Shown here: positions 1 to 9,590 of the stretch, in pieces
Layout: every line of letters begins with the position of its first letter
How positions within the stretch are numbered: position 1 is the stretch's first letter
Assembly (NCBI GenBank): GCA_038882955.1
Contig: JAVZNC010000003.1
Location: 127,571-191,570 of the forward strand
Source: Candidatus Bathyarchaeia archaeon
Lineage (GTDB): Archaea > Thermoproteota > Bathyarchaeia > Bathyarchaeales > Bathycorpusculaceae
Direction of reading: 5' to 3'
Length of the DNA: 64,000 nt
The notes under the pieces: model-generated
Databases searched by the model: none
What the model was told of the DNA's origin: nothing
The model's input: the letters and a program-made list of their open reading frames with translations, nothing else
Made by a program: the position numbers and the translations under genes

Positions 1-2263
1 TCTAAATATACCTGGACCACTACTAGGTAACCATTCAATAGATTTGCGTGCAATAAATTCCGTAGGAAATAGTGCATTTCATTTCAGTAATCCTTGGGGA
101 AGGCACTTAATAGTGCCTGAGGGTTATCCTATTGTGGACATGGCTGTCTACAAAGGAAGCTTGTATCTCGCAGCTAACAATAGACTCTATACCTACAGTA
201 GGAGCAAATGGAATGTTTTAGAAGCACCCACGTTTTTGGTTTCGCTTGAAACGATATCCATAACTCTGGGGCTCCAGCAACAAGTTGTTTTAGCTGAATG
301 GAATCAGACATATGGAGGATCTGAATTAGAAATTGCATATTCATTGATGCAAACGAATGATGAAGGATATGCTATATTAGGATGGACAGAGTCTTTTGGC
401 TCGGGTCTCAGCGACATTTGGTTAATTAAGACAGATTCTAATGGTAACATGCAGTGGCATAGGACATATGGAGGAGCAAACAATGATTACTCTGGTACTC
501 ATGCTTTATTGCAAACCAGTGACGGAGGTTATGCGATAGCTGGGTACACAAATTCTTTTGGGTCTGGCGATTTCGATTTTTGGCTTATTAAGACTGACTC
601 CGAAGGCAACGTTCAATGGAACAAAACATATGGAGAAATAGGCGATGATGAAGCATTTTGCCTTATCGCAACCCAAGATGGTGGATATGCGATGGCTGGT
701 GTCACCACTTCTTTTGGTGCGGGTCTAGGCGATTTTTGGTTGATTAAAACCGATTCATATGGGAACATGCAGTGGAACATGACATATGGCGGAGTAGGCG
801 ACGAGTGTGCATATGCTTTGACGCAGACTATTGACGGAGGTTATGCTTTGGCAGGCATCACAAATTCTTTTGGAGCGGGTAACTGGGATTTCTGGCTGCT
901 TAGAACTGATGCAAATGGCAATCATTTATGGAACGCTACATTTGGGGGAATAGACCGTGATGTTGTAAGAGCTTTAGTGCAAAGTGGCGATGGTGACTAT
1001 GTATTGGCAGGTTACACAGCATCTTTTACATCTGGTGACGAAGATGTATGGCTAGTCAAAACAGACTCGTCAGGAAATATGGAGTGGAATAGAACGTACG
1101 GAGAACTTGGCAACGAGCGAGCCTGCGATGTAATGCAAATTAATGGAGAAGGATATGTGATTGCGGGTTGGACGAATTCTTTTGGCTTTAGCAAAGATTT
1201 TTGGCTTATCAAAACGGATCTAGACGGCAATATGGAGTGGAATCAGACTTACGGGGGAATGGTTGATGATGTTGCATGGGGTCTGACAAATACTAGCGAT
1301 GATGGCTATGCAATTGCGGGTTGGACTACCTCCTTTGGATGTGGCGGTGATGTTTTGCTTGTTAAAACAGGAGCGTCTGGTTTTAAGACTTACTTTCATT
1401 CGGAAACTTCTCTTGTAGCAGGGGGATTAGGCGGATTATATTGCTATAATGGATCATCCTTTGAGAAGATATTTTCTGTGCCTACATACATTAAGGTGCT
1501 TGGAGTGTACAATAATACAGTTTATGCTGGAACGTTATTTGATAACCCACCAAAACTCTACTATTGTAACGGTTCTGTAACCAACTCAACTAATTGGCAT
1601 ATTGATTCTGATTTTTCAGCAATATTAGAGTTCTCTGGTGTTTTCGGTAGCATAGATTCTTTTGGAGTCTGCAATAATATAATGTACGTAAGTTCTGGTG
1701 GTAAACTATATTCTTTCAATGGAACAAGTTGGAGCATTGCAGCAAGTTTCGATGATGTATACGCATTTCTTGACATGCAATGGTACAATGGCAAGCTTTA
1801 CTTGGCAACCAGAGATCAAGCTTGGAGAAAACCACTTTACTTGGGTGGAACAGGATTCAGCGGCAGAATAATTGAATATAACGGCACAAGCTGGACAACG
1901 GTGTTTGACAATGATTACTGGATATATTCCTTAGAAGTCTATGAAAACAAGCTGTATGTTGGAACAGCTAACAAAATTTTCGCCTATAACGGAACTTGCT
2001 GGGAACTCTCCTTTAATACCGCAGAAGATACATACTACATCCTTTCACTAAAAATTTATGATGGCATAATTTATGCTGGAATGGGTAATGGATACCTTTT
2101 CGCGGATCCTACGCCTATGAAAAAGGACATTGAAACGATAACAATCCCAGAATTTCCATCAGCCGTAATTGTAATTTTGCCACTATTCATAACCTTCACC
2201 GTAATGGTCACAATCCTGTCAAATAAAAAAATAAGACATAAGATTTTAAAAATGGTTCTATGA
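1..2263 (+). CDS. Secreted/surface beta-propeller repeat glycoprotein with C-terminal PEF-CTERM-like anchor (5' end outside window)
   Basis: Frame is open back to position 2. Seven ~52-aa WNxTYGG...DxWLIKTDxxGN repeats; ends in IPEFP, a hydrophobic helix and a basic tail. Confidence 0.85.
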   Translation, partial: LNIPGPLLGNHSIDLRAINSVGNSAFHFSNPWGRHLIVPEGYPIVDMAVYKGSLYLAANNRLYTYSRSKWNVLEAPTFLVSLETISITLGLQQQVVLAEWNQTYGGSELEIAYSLMQTNDEGYAILGWTESFGSGLSDIWLIKTDSNGNMQWHRTYGGANNDYSGTHALLQTSDGGYAIAGYTNSFGSGDFDFWLIKTDSEGNVQWNKTYGEIGDDEAFCLIATQDGGYAMAGVTTSFGAGLGDFWLIKTDSYGNMQWNMTYGGVGDECAYALTQTIDGGYALAGITNSFGAGNWDFWLLRTDANGNHLWNATFGGIDRDVVRALVQSGDGDYVLAGYTASFTSGDEDVWLVKTDSSGNMEWNRTYGELGNERACDVMQINGEGYVIAGWTNSFGFSKDFWLIKTDLDGNMEWNQTYGGMVDDVAWGLTNTSDDGYAIAGWTTSFGCGGDVLLVKTGASGFKTYFHSETSLVAGGLGGLYCYNGSSFEKIFSVPTYIKVLGVYNNTVYAGTLFDNPPKLYYCNGSVTNSTNWHIDSDFSAILEFSGVFGSIDSFGVCNNIMYVSSGGKLYSFNGTSWSIAASFDDVYAFLDMQWYNGKLYLATRDQAWRKPLYLGGTGFSGRIIEYNGTSWTTVFDNDYWIYSLEVYENKLYVGTANKIFAYNGTCWELSFNTAEDTYYILSLKIYDGIIYAGMGNGYLFADPTPMKKDIETITIPEFPSAVIVILPLFITFTVMVTILSNKKIRHKILKMVL
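296..1372 (+). repeat. Seven tandem ~52-codon propeller-blade repeats within the CDS
   Basis: Units begin EWNQTYGG, QWHRTYGG, QWNKTYGE, QWNMTYGG, LWNATFGG, EWNRTYGE, EWNQTYGG; each has DxGY..AG.T.SFG and DxWLxKTD-like motifs. Confidence 0.9.
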
Positions 2264-2366
2264 TTTAACCTAATGCACCATTAATTAATGGACAAGTTGC
2301 AAGCACAACTCAATTAATCTGTTACAACCAAAAATGAATGTTCTACTAAAAGAAGTTCATTAAAAA

Positions 2367-2451
2367 TGCGGGGGGTGGGATTTGAACCCACGAACCCCTA
2401 TGGGACAAGGTCCTAAGCCTTGCGCCTTTGACCAGGCTTGGCGACCCCCGC
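2367..2451 (-). tRNA. tRNA-Leu(TAG)
   Basis: Reverse complement GCGGGGGTCGCCAAGCCTGGTCAAAGGCG CAAGG CT TAG GA CCTTG, long variable arm, GTGGGTTCAAATCCCAC CCCCCGC A. Confidence 0.95.
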
Positions 2452-2522
2452 ACTTTTTCAGCTGCCATTTGCATATGAAATCTTGAAAATAATAAATTAT
2501 TTGTTTTGCTTTTTATGTAGCA

Positions 2523-2538
2523 CGAAATCTTTTAAAAA
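2523..2538 (+). promoter_or_regulatory. Putative BRE/TATA promoter of tRNA-Thr
   Basis: CGAAATC-TTTTAAAA about 25-30 nt upstream of the tRNA start. Confidence 0.5.
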
Positions 2539-2561
2539 ATAGGATGCGTATACTTGTTTGG

Positions 2562-2635
2562 GCCTCGGTAGCTCAGCATGGTGGAGCATCGCCTTGGTAA
2601 GGCGGTGGTCGCGGGTTCAAATCCCGCCCGAGGCT
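2562..2635 (+). tRNA. tRNA-Thr(GGT)
   Basis: GCCTCGG/CCGAGGC acceptor stem; anticodon arm TCGCC TT GGT AA GGCGG; GGTTCAAATCC T-arm. Confidence 0.95.
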
Positions 2636-2742
2636 TGTTTTGGTTTTTGTGTATTTTTGTTGTTCATGTGAACGGAAATGTTTATTAAATATTAATATTA
2701 TAGATTCATGTTGAAAGTACATTCTAAAGCGAGGCAGCAGAA

Positions 2743-3084
2743 ATGCCCTTCCTCCACTCACACGAAGAGAAACTAAAATGTCCATACAAGGGTTGCGGCA
2801 AAACGTTTTCTAAGCCAACGGTCTTGACTGATTCCTCAGCAATTCCAAGACAAACTTACTATGCTTGTCCTCACTGCATGTCGAAGCTTGACATAATAGT
2901 TGAAAACGCAAAAATCATAGGTGTGAAGCCAACAGAATATCCGAAAGTTTTCGAATCGCCGGCAAAATGTGCGCACTACCTTGGATTTCTAAACACTATT
3001 TCAAAGGACATGCCAATACCAGACGAGTGCCTAGTATGCCCAAAAGTCCTCCAGTGCAGCATAAGAAGACGACAAAACGTTTAG
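2743..3084 (+). CDS. Small multi-zinc-finger protein
   Basis: CPYKGC...CPHC, CAHYLGFL and ECLVCPKVLQC Cys/His clusters. Confidence 0.7.
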   Translation: MPFLHSHEEKLKCPYKGCGKTFSKPTVLTDSSAIPRQTYYACPHCMSKLDIIVENAKIIGVKPTEYPKVFESPAKCAHYLGFLNTISKDMPIPDECLVCPKVLQCSIRRRQNV

Positions 3085-3156
3085 CCATATTTCTTTTAAA
3101 GAGAATCTTTTAAATTTACCTTCTAAAATTTTAAAATGATGTAGCGCCCATTATGC

Positions 3157-3234
3157 GGGGCTGTCGGCTAGCTTGGTCTAGGCTTGGAGACTTGGGCTCT
3201 CTAGACCCCGGTTCAAATCCGGGCAGCCCCACCA
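3157..3234 (+). tRNA. tRNA-Pro(TGG), CCA encoded
   Basis: GGGGCTG/CAGCCCC-A-CCA; anticodon arm GGAGA CT TGG GC TCTCT; TTTTAAAA about 25 nt upstream. Confidence 0.93.
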
Positions 3235-3239
3235 CATTT

Positions 3240-3731
3240 TCATGAGACAATTCGCTTTTTGAGTTTGTACAAAATAAGAGCTGTATTCAGAGAACAAAAT
3301 GCATACAACCATCCAAAGAGCATAAACCAAAATTCGACGCCCCAGTACAAAAACAGTTGCCAAAACCATGTTAAAGTTAGAACTGCAATAAGAATAAATA
3401 AAGAGGCAATCAATAAGCCGAGTTTTGGATGTGGGAGAGCCTTCCTAATCTTTAGAAGGGTTGCTCCCCAAACCAGAATCCCAACATTCAGAGACGCTAG
3501 AAAGTTTGAAGTAGTTACCAAAATATTGCTTTGTGAAAGGTAAAGTCTTATAATTGAATAGCTTGCAATGGCGAAAGAAGCCAAATATAAAAGGCCGCAA
3601 AATAAGGCTACGTTTGAGTTGTACCTCATTTTCAATCCGAAACATGCAAAGCTGCCAAGTAAAAATGAAGCAAGGAAAAAGCTGTAAACAACTGTTAAAT
3701 AAGCTACGGACTGAATAAATATTCCGCTCAT
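3240..3731 (-). CDS. Hypothetical multi-pass membrane protein
   Basis: 163-aa ORF with about five hydrophobic segments. Confidence 0.55.
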   Translation of the reverse strand: MSGIFIQSVAYLTVVYSFFLASFLLGSFACFGLKMRYNSNVALFCGLLYLASFAIASYSIIRLYLSQSNILVTTSNFLASLNVGILVWGATLLKIRKALPHPKLGLLIASLFILIAVLTLTWFWQLFLYWGVEFWFMLFGWLYAFCSLNTALILYKLKKRIVS

Positions 3732-3896
3732 AAAACTTGGATGGCCATAGCCAAGCCAATAAGCTATAAGATTTAAAAGTACAAGTAAAAACCACGTAAA
3801 CCAACCTAAAAAGCCAAAAATATATCGATGCAGCCAATTTGGAAGAAAATGGTGCTTTTTGTGTCATCAGAAAACAGAGTATTCCCTCCACGGCTT

Positions 3897-4883
3897 TTAT
3901 GTTATGAAGTGCTTGTATATTGGGTGTCCTTTAAAGCGCAGTGTTGTTTCTGATTTTTCCACCGTTCCGCTTGGTAGCCTTATGCATATGGAGTTTACTA
4001 CGGCGCCGTTTGGTATGAATCGTACTCCATCTAACAGTTCGCCTTTTGTTACGCCGGAAGCGCAGAATACCAACTCGTTTCCTTTGGCTAACTCGTCTTG
4101 TGTGTAGGTTTTATTTACGTCGACTCCTTCTGCCACAAGCCTATCAAGCCTTTTTGGGTCGTCACTTTTGTCTCGCCAAACCTTTACGAGCATTGTTCCG
4201 CCTAGGCATTTCACGGCTGTTGCGGCTATTGTTGCTTCTGGTCCTGCTCCAGCGCCTATGAGGAGGTCTACGCCTGAGCCTTGGATGCATGTGGCTACTG
4301 CCGCTGCTATGTCTCCGTCTGGTATTAGGATTATTCTTACACCCATTTGCCTTAGTTTTTGAAGTATCGCCGCGTGTCTTTCGCGTTCAAGCATTATCAC
4401 GGTGAAGTTTTCGAACGGTAATCCTTTAGCCCTGGCTACAGTTTTGACTATTTTTTCTATTGACATTTCCAGCGATATTTTTCCTATGGAGTGATGGTCT
4501 GTTGCAACTTTGAAGTAATATCCGTCGTCTGGAAGAACTTGGAAGCACCCTTTTGGCGCGCATGCCAATGCAGAAATCGCGTCTTTTCTTCCTTTTGAGG
4601 CGGCTGTTGTGCCGTCAACTGGGTCTATGACGAATTCGACTTTTGGTCCTTTTCCAGTTCCAACTTTTTCTCGGCGCATGAAGGCTGGAGCGTTATCCTT
4701 TGGTCCTTCACACGCGATTACTTCGCCTTCCACGTCTGTTTGTGCCAGGACAGCCCTTGAAAATTGAACAGCTTTCTCGTCTATTAGGTTTGGGTCTCCT
4801 TGTCCAATGTGCAATGCGGCGCCTACAGCCGCCGCAATCGTGATTCGCGTTAGAGAAGGCGCTAAAGCCCTTAAAGAAACCAA
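3897..4883 (-). CDS. glpX: Class II fructose-1,6-bisphosphatase (GlpX family), divergent
   Basis: IDPVDGT, ERERH, IPDGDIA, GPEA, ASGVTKGELLDGV motifs. Confidence 0.8.
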   Translation of the reverse strand: MVSLRALAPSLTRITIAAAVGAALHIGQGDPNLIDEKAVQFSRAVLAQTDVEGEVIACEGPKDNAPAFMRREKVGTGKGPKVEFVIDPVDGTTAASKGRKDAISALACAPKGCFQVLPDDGYYFKVATDHHSIGKISLEMSIEKIVKTVARAKGLPFENFTVIMLERERHAAILQKLRQMGVRIILIPDGDIAAAVATCIQGSGVDLLIGAGAGPEATIAATAVKCLGGTMLVKVWRDKSDDPKRLDRLVAEGVDVNKTYTQDELAKGNELVFCASGVTKGELLDGVRFIPNGAVVNSICIRLPSGTVEKSETTLRFKGHPIYKHFIT

Positions 4884-4911
4884 ATGTTCACCAATCTAGC
4901 GTAAGCCTTTT

Positions 4912-6015
4912 TCATTTGTAAACCTTTTTAGGCTTTCCAAGAAGGTGTTCGTCCAGCTCTTTTATACCTAAGCCATGTTGCTTTGTGAATGTTCGTTTTG
5001 AGTCCTTAATTTTTGTTCCGCCCTTTTTTACGAGTCTGTCCTTGTGTATAAGGTCTGAGTCTAGGTCTGCGTACATTATGTTTTTTGATGCTGCTGCGAG
5101 GTGGGTTCCAGCGGCTATGCCTATTTGGGATTCGCCCATACATCCTATCATGCATGGTATTCCTGCGGCTTCGGCTATGTCTGCGATTTTTCTGCCTTTT
5201 AGGATTCCCCCGCTTTTCATCAGCTTTATGTTGATTAGGTCTACTGCTTCGGCTTTTATTAGGCGTATGGCGTCTTCCGGTGAATGAACGCTTTCATCAG
5301 CCATGATTGGTATTGGCGAGTTTCGCTTCACTTCGATTAAGCCTTTCAGGTTTTCTGCTGGGACTGGTTGCTCGGCGAATTCTATGTTGAACTTTTCCAT
5401 TTTGTTTAGGGCTTCTATGGCTTGTTTTGGCGTCCAGCCTTGGTTTGCGTCGATTCTGATGGCGATTTCGCTGCCAACAGCCTCGCGTATAAGCTTGATG
5501 CGCTCCAAATCTTCTGTGGGGTTGACGCCGACCTTGACTTTTAGGGCTTTAAATCCTTTCTTGACGGCTTTTAACGCGTCCTTAGCCATCTCTTTTGGAG
5601 ATTTTATTCCAAGTGTTATGTCTGTTAGGACTTCTGTGCGGTAGCCCCCCAAGACCATGAAAAGCGGCTTTTTGACTGTTTTTCCAAGAATGTCGTGTAG
5701 GGCTATGTCTATTGCGGCTTTTGCCGCTGGATTTTCCTTCACAATCGAGTCCATCAGTTCTATGTTTTGTTCTATCCGCAGTGGGCACATGCCGATTAGT
5801 TTTGGTGCAACTTTGTCGATTGTTTGGAGGACTGTTTCTGGCGTTTCGCATGTAACCCTTTCTGATGGTGAGGATTCTCCCCAACCGATTACATCATAGT
5901 CTGTAATTATTTTTACAACTACGTTGTGACTTTCTATGCTTGCTCCTGGCGCTATTCTGAATGGTTCATAGTAGGCTAGTTTGACTGGGTAAACTTCAAT
6001 CTGTTTTATACCCAA
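4912..6015 (-). CDS. Dipeptide (L-Ala-D/L-Glu) epimerase, enolase superfamily
   Basis: KVKVG, RIDANQGW, EQP, MADES, NIKLMK, GCMGES and the DLD motif. Confidence 0.85.
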   Translation of the reverse strand: MGIKQIEVYPVKLAYYEPFRIAPGASIESHNVVVKIITDYDVIGWGESSPSERVTCETPETVLQTIDKVAPKLIGMCPLRIEQNIELMDSIVKENPAAKAAIDIALHDILGKTVKKPLFMVLGGYRTEVLTDITLGIKSPKEMAKDALKAVKKGFKALKVKVGVNPTEDLERIKLIREAVGSEIAIRIDANQGWTPKQAIEALNKMEKFNIEFAEQPVPAENLKGLIEVKRNSPIPIMADESVHSPEDAIRLIKAEAVDLINIKLMKSGGILKGRKIADIAEAAGIPCMIGCMGESQIGIAAGTHLAAASKNIMYADLDSDLIHKDRLVKKGGTKIKDSKRTFTKQHGLGIKELDEHLLGKPKKVYK

Positions 6016-6072
6016 CTTAACACCAAGAATATGTTTGTTTGTTTTTATGGAAAAGCTTTACTGAAAAATAAT

Positions 6073-7350
6073 TTATGTGGCTCTTTCTTTTCGCTTAAGG
6101 AGTCCCCTAAACTTTAGTTTTGCTGTTAGGATTTTCTCTGTTGCGAAAAGCCTCGAGGCAAAGTACATTATGGCTACTGTGAAAATTGCAACGTAAGCTA
6201 TTCCGCCTATCGCCGTCATGTAGTCGCCCATTATCACGGCTTTCGAGGTTATTATTGGCTGGCTGTATGGAATAGCATAAATCAAAATTCTCAACGCCAT
6301 TGGAATCGTGTTAACATCCAAGTACATCAGCGCGAGCGAAGGAATGAATATTAATGGGTAAATGTAGCCCACAAGCGACTGAGCGCCCCTGACGTCTTCT
6401 GCAAAAGCGGAGATTATAACAGCCAAAGCCAAAGCCGAAAGAAGTGTAACGAATAGGGATATTCCCAAAAGTACATAGCCAAACATTGATGGAACAAGCC
6501 CAAGCGCAGCCAAATCCACGTTAACGTTTGCCGGTATCGCCGATGATAACGAATCAAGATAATAAGTGAAGCCAACCATGTAAGCTAACGCGCCTATCGC
6601 AGCAACAATTATCGAGCCGGACAATTTTCCGAGGAGAATAGAGAAGCGATCCATTGGCAAAGTTAAAAGAGTCTCCAAGGTTTTCGCTTCCTTTTCCATA
6701 GCCACGGAAGTTGCGGCAATCTGCATCGAGTAACTAAGCAGAATCATGATTATTATTGGCATGGCGATTGCTTGGGACATCATCAAATTTGAAAGAGTTT
6801 GAGCGTCTAAACCTTCTATGGCTTGCCCTTTTACAATAACCGATTTGGTTGGAATTACAATGTTTGGACGTAAGCTTCTATTGAACTGCTCTATTAAAGA
6901 GTCAATTACCGCAGCGCTTACGCCGGAAAACATACTTGCGCCGGAAAATACGCTGTAAAATTCGATGTGTACTTGTAGTCCAGCTGTTAAATTCGCGCTG
7001 AAGTCGCTTGGAATAACAATAGCTTCTGTGACGTTGTTTTGAGACATCAATTCAACTACGTTCACGGTCCCAGTAACATTAATTGGAATTACATTAAAAG
7101 TGGAATTTAGATAAGCTATAAAGAGCGTTGCGTTTTCTCCGGCATCATAGTTGATTATTAGGATTGTTGTTTTTGCGGCTTCTTCTTGTGCGGACTGTAT
7201 TGAAAAGCTCATGATTCCGCCAAGCAGGGGGAACATTATCACGGGAATTATAATCATTCCGAGGAAAATTTTTGGGTCTCTGATAAGCTCTTTAAGTTCT
7301 TTAAGTAGAAAGTTTCCAAAACCTTTAAGCAAGCTTGACCACCTTTGCAA
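6073..7350 (-). CDS. ABC-2 type exporter permease (NatB-like)
   Basis: KELKELIRD, EKEAKTLETLLTLP, LLGK and about six TM helices. Confidence 0.85.
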   Translation of the reverse strand: MQRWSSLLKGFGNFLLKELKELIRDPKIFLGMIIIPVIMFPLLGGIMSFSIQSAQEEAAKTTILIINYDAGENATLFIAYLNSTFNVIPINVTGTVNVVELMSQNNVTEAIVIPSDFSANLTAGLQVHIEFYSVFSGASMFSGVSAAVIDSLIEQFNRSLRPNIVIPTKSVIVKGQAIEGLDAQTLSNLMMSQAIAMPIIIMILLSYSMQIAATSVAMEKEAKTLETLLTLPMDRFSILLGKLSGSIIVAAIGALAYMVGFTYYLDSLSSAIPANVNVDLAALGLVPSMFGYVLLGISLFVTLLSALALAVIISAFAEDVRGAQSLVGYIYPLIFIPSLALMYLDVNTIPMALRILIYAIPYSQPIITSKAVIMGDYMTAIGGIAYVAIFTVAIMYFASRLFATEKILTAKLKFRGLLKRKERAT

Positions 7351-8077
7351 AAACTTCTTCTAGGTTCGCGCTTGCGTATTTCTCTTTAAGCTCTTGCGGT
7401 TTTCCTTCAGCAACGATTTTGCCCGTGTTTAATAGGGCTACCCTATTGCATAGGTGCTCAACTTCGAGCATGTTGTGGCTTGAAAGCAACACTGTGACGC
7501 CGTGCTCTTTCACGTAGCGCTTTATGATTTCCCTAACATGGTAGGAGTGCAACACGTCTAAACCGCTTGTCGGCTCGTCTAAAATTGCAAGTTTAGGCTT
7601 CGTCATCAAAGCCCTCGCAACCAAAAGCCTACGCTTCATTCCCTTACTGTAGGTTTTAGACTTGTCTCTCAACCTTTCGCTTAAACCAGAAATTTCAGCC
7701 GCCTCTTCCACGATTTTATGGATTTCACCCTTATCGTTGGTGTTAAATTTTGCCATAAACTCGAGATACTCCCAACCAGAAAGATTAGGGTAGACGCCGG
7801 CTTCCTCTGGCAGATAGGTTATGATTTTGCGAACTTCGCTTGCCTTTTCAACAACATCTAAATCGAAAACCCTGGCGGTTCCAGAGGTCGGTAGAAGTAG
7901 CGTGGAAATTATGCGTAGGGCTGTTGTTTTTCCAGCGCCATTTGGACCAATCAAGCCGAAAATTTCTCCTTGATTGATTTTGAAGCTTAACCCGTCCAAA
8001 GCGCGTATGTTCCCGAAAACTTTAACGAGGTCTTGTGTTTCAACTGCAAAGCTCATTGTGGTTTGCCCCAAAACCAT
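7325..8077 (-). CDS. ABC transporter ATP-binding protein
   Basis: GPNGAGKTT, YSKGMKRR, LDEPTSGLD, SSH. Confidence 0.92.
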   Translation of the reverse strand: MVLGQTTMSFAVETQDLVKVFGNIRALDGLSFKINQGEIFGLIGPNGAGKTTALRIISTLLLPTSGTARVFDLDVVEKASEVRKIITYLPEEAGVYPNLSGWEYLEFMAKFNTNDKGEIHKIVEEAAEISGLSERLRDKSKTYSKGMKRRLLVARALMTKPKLAILDEPTSGLDVLHSYHVREIIKRYVKEHGVTVLLSSHNMLEVEHLCNRVALLNTGKIVAEGKPQELKEKYASANLEEVFAKVVKLA

Positions 8078-8123
8078 TGGTTCAGCATGTTTAAAAGGGT
8101 TGAGGTCTCAAATGTGCCTTTTC

Positions 8124-8711
8124 TCATCTTTTTGAAGGTGGCACGTACTCGACATCAAGCGCCTTCACAAGCTTTCGCAGTTCTCTTTCGCTAAGCCACT
8201 CTGTCTTCAGGTACTGGCATATCCGCGCGTCATCTAAACCGAGCCTACGGGCTTCTTCAACAGCGTGATGGTATGCCTCAATTTCTGTTGGTCTTCCAAC
8301 ATAGTCGTACCTATCGTCGAAGAGCTTCTTGCCCTCCATAAACTGTTTCACGTGAACTAATTCGTGGATAATGTCCAAGTAAATGTCAATCAAGTCGCCA
8401 TTATTCAAGTAGTACGCACTAATCATCAGGTGACCGTCCACGTCGCTAACGCCCATGTAACCCCTAAAACCCACAAACTCCACTTGCAGATTGCGTAGCA
8501 CATCAGCTGTCTTTTCGCCGAAAATGCGCTTGACAGCCTCAACGTTTTCAAAACCCTTAAAATAATCTGTAAATGGGTGCGTCGTAATCCTAACGTTTCT
8601 TGGTATTTTAACCCCAAGCTGCGCCTCCACGATTGCGTTAACCTCCCAATTTTGAGTTTTCACGTTCACCACCCTAGTAAAGTTTATGCCGACAAAAACG
8701 TGATAAAACAT
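8124..8711 (-). CDS. Hypothetical zincin-like metallopeptidase
   Basis: IIHELVHVKQF (HExxH) with downstream EIEAY; start codon uncertain. Confidence 0.6.
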   Translation of the reverse strand: MFYHVFVGINFTRVVNVKTQNWEVNAIVEAQLGVKIPRNVRITTHPFTDYFKGFENVEAVKRIFGEKTADVLRNLQVEFVGFRGYMGVSDVDGHLMISAYYLNNGDLIDIYLDIIHELVHVKQFMEGKKLFDDRYDYVGRPTEIEAYHHAVEEARRLGLDDARICQYLKTEWLSERELRKLVKALDVEYVPPSKR

Positions 8712-8738
8712 GCACCTAACAAAAAGGCTGAAAAGGAA

Positions 8739-9584
8739 ATGGTGTTTAAGGTTAAGAGGATGTCTTCTGAAGACATTGAATTTGCGGTTCGCATAACTGA
8801 CACCATGAACTGGAACCTAACAGAACAAGACTTCGCGTTCATGATGCAACTGGAACCAGAAGGATGCTTTGCACTATTATGCGACTCGGAAAAAATTGGC
8901 ATCGCAACAACCATATGCTACGGCAAAATCGGCTGGATTGGAAACGTTGTCGTAGACGAAAAATACCGCAGAAAAGGGGCTGGAAGCACCATTGTAAAGC
9001 ACGCCATAGACTACTTGAAAAGCAAAGGCGCCGAAACAATAGGCTTATACGCATACAAGGAAAAGGCTAATTTCTATGCAAGACTAGGCTTCAAACACGA
9101 CTTACAATTCGCAGTTTTAAACGGCAAAGTCCGTTCTTCCAGTTTTGAAGCGTCTAACGTGAAAGAAGCGGAAAAAACTGAAATGCGAAAGATAATAGAA
9201 TTTGACAACTTCTACTTCGGTGCATCGAGAGAAAAGCTACTGCAAAAAATAGTTAATGAAAAAGACAACTTATGCTACCGTTATGTTGACGATGGGGAAA
9301 TTTTGGGGTACGTCATGGCAAAGGTTTACGGACACTACGCGGAGATAGGTCCACTCATCTGCAGAAGAGAAAAAGGCGATATAGCCAAAAACCTTCTAGG
9401 TGCAGCGCTGAAAAAGGTTGAGGGCGCTGAAGTTTCGATGTGTCTACCAAAAAGGGAAAAGGCGATAATAAACATGCTTTTTGATTTCGGATTCAGAGAA
9501 AGCTTTACGGTTGTTAGGATGTTTTCTGGACCAATAGCTTTTAGGGACTGCATTTACATTGCAGAATCCCTAGAGAGAGGCTGA
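8739..9584 (+). CDS. GNAT family N-acetyltransferase (tandem GNAT)
   Basis: VVVDEKYRRKGAGS acetyl-CoA motif, FYARLGF, second domain IGPL, C-terminal ERG. Start moved to ATG 8739. Confidence 0.85.
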   Translation: MVFKVKRMSSEDIEFAVRITDTMNWNLTEQDFAFMMQLEPEGCFALLCDSEKIGIATTICYGKIGWIGNVVVDEKYRRKGAGSTIVKHAIDYLKSKGAETIGLYAYKEKANFYARLGFKHDLQFAVLNGKVRSSSFEASNVKEAEKTEMRKIIEFDNFYFGASREKLLQKIVNEKDNLCYRYVDDGEILGYVMAKVYGHYAEIGPLICRREKGDIAKNLLGAALKKVEGAEVSMCLPKREKAIINMLFDFGFRESFTVVRMFSGPIAFRDCIYIAESLERG

Positions 9585-9590
9585 AAGCAC

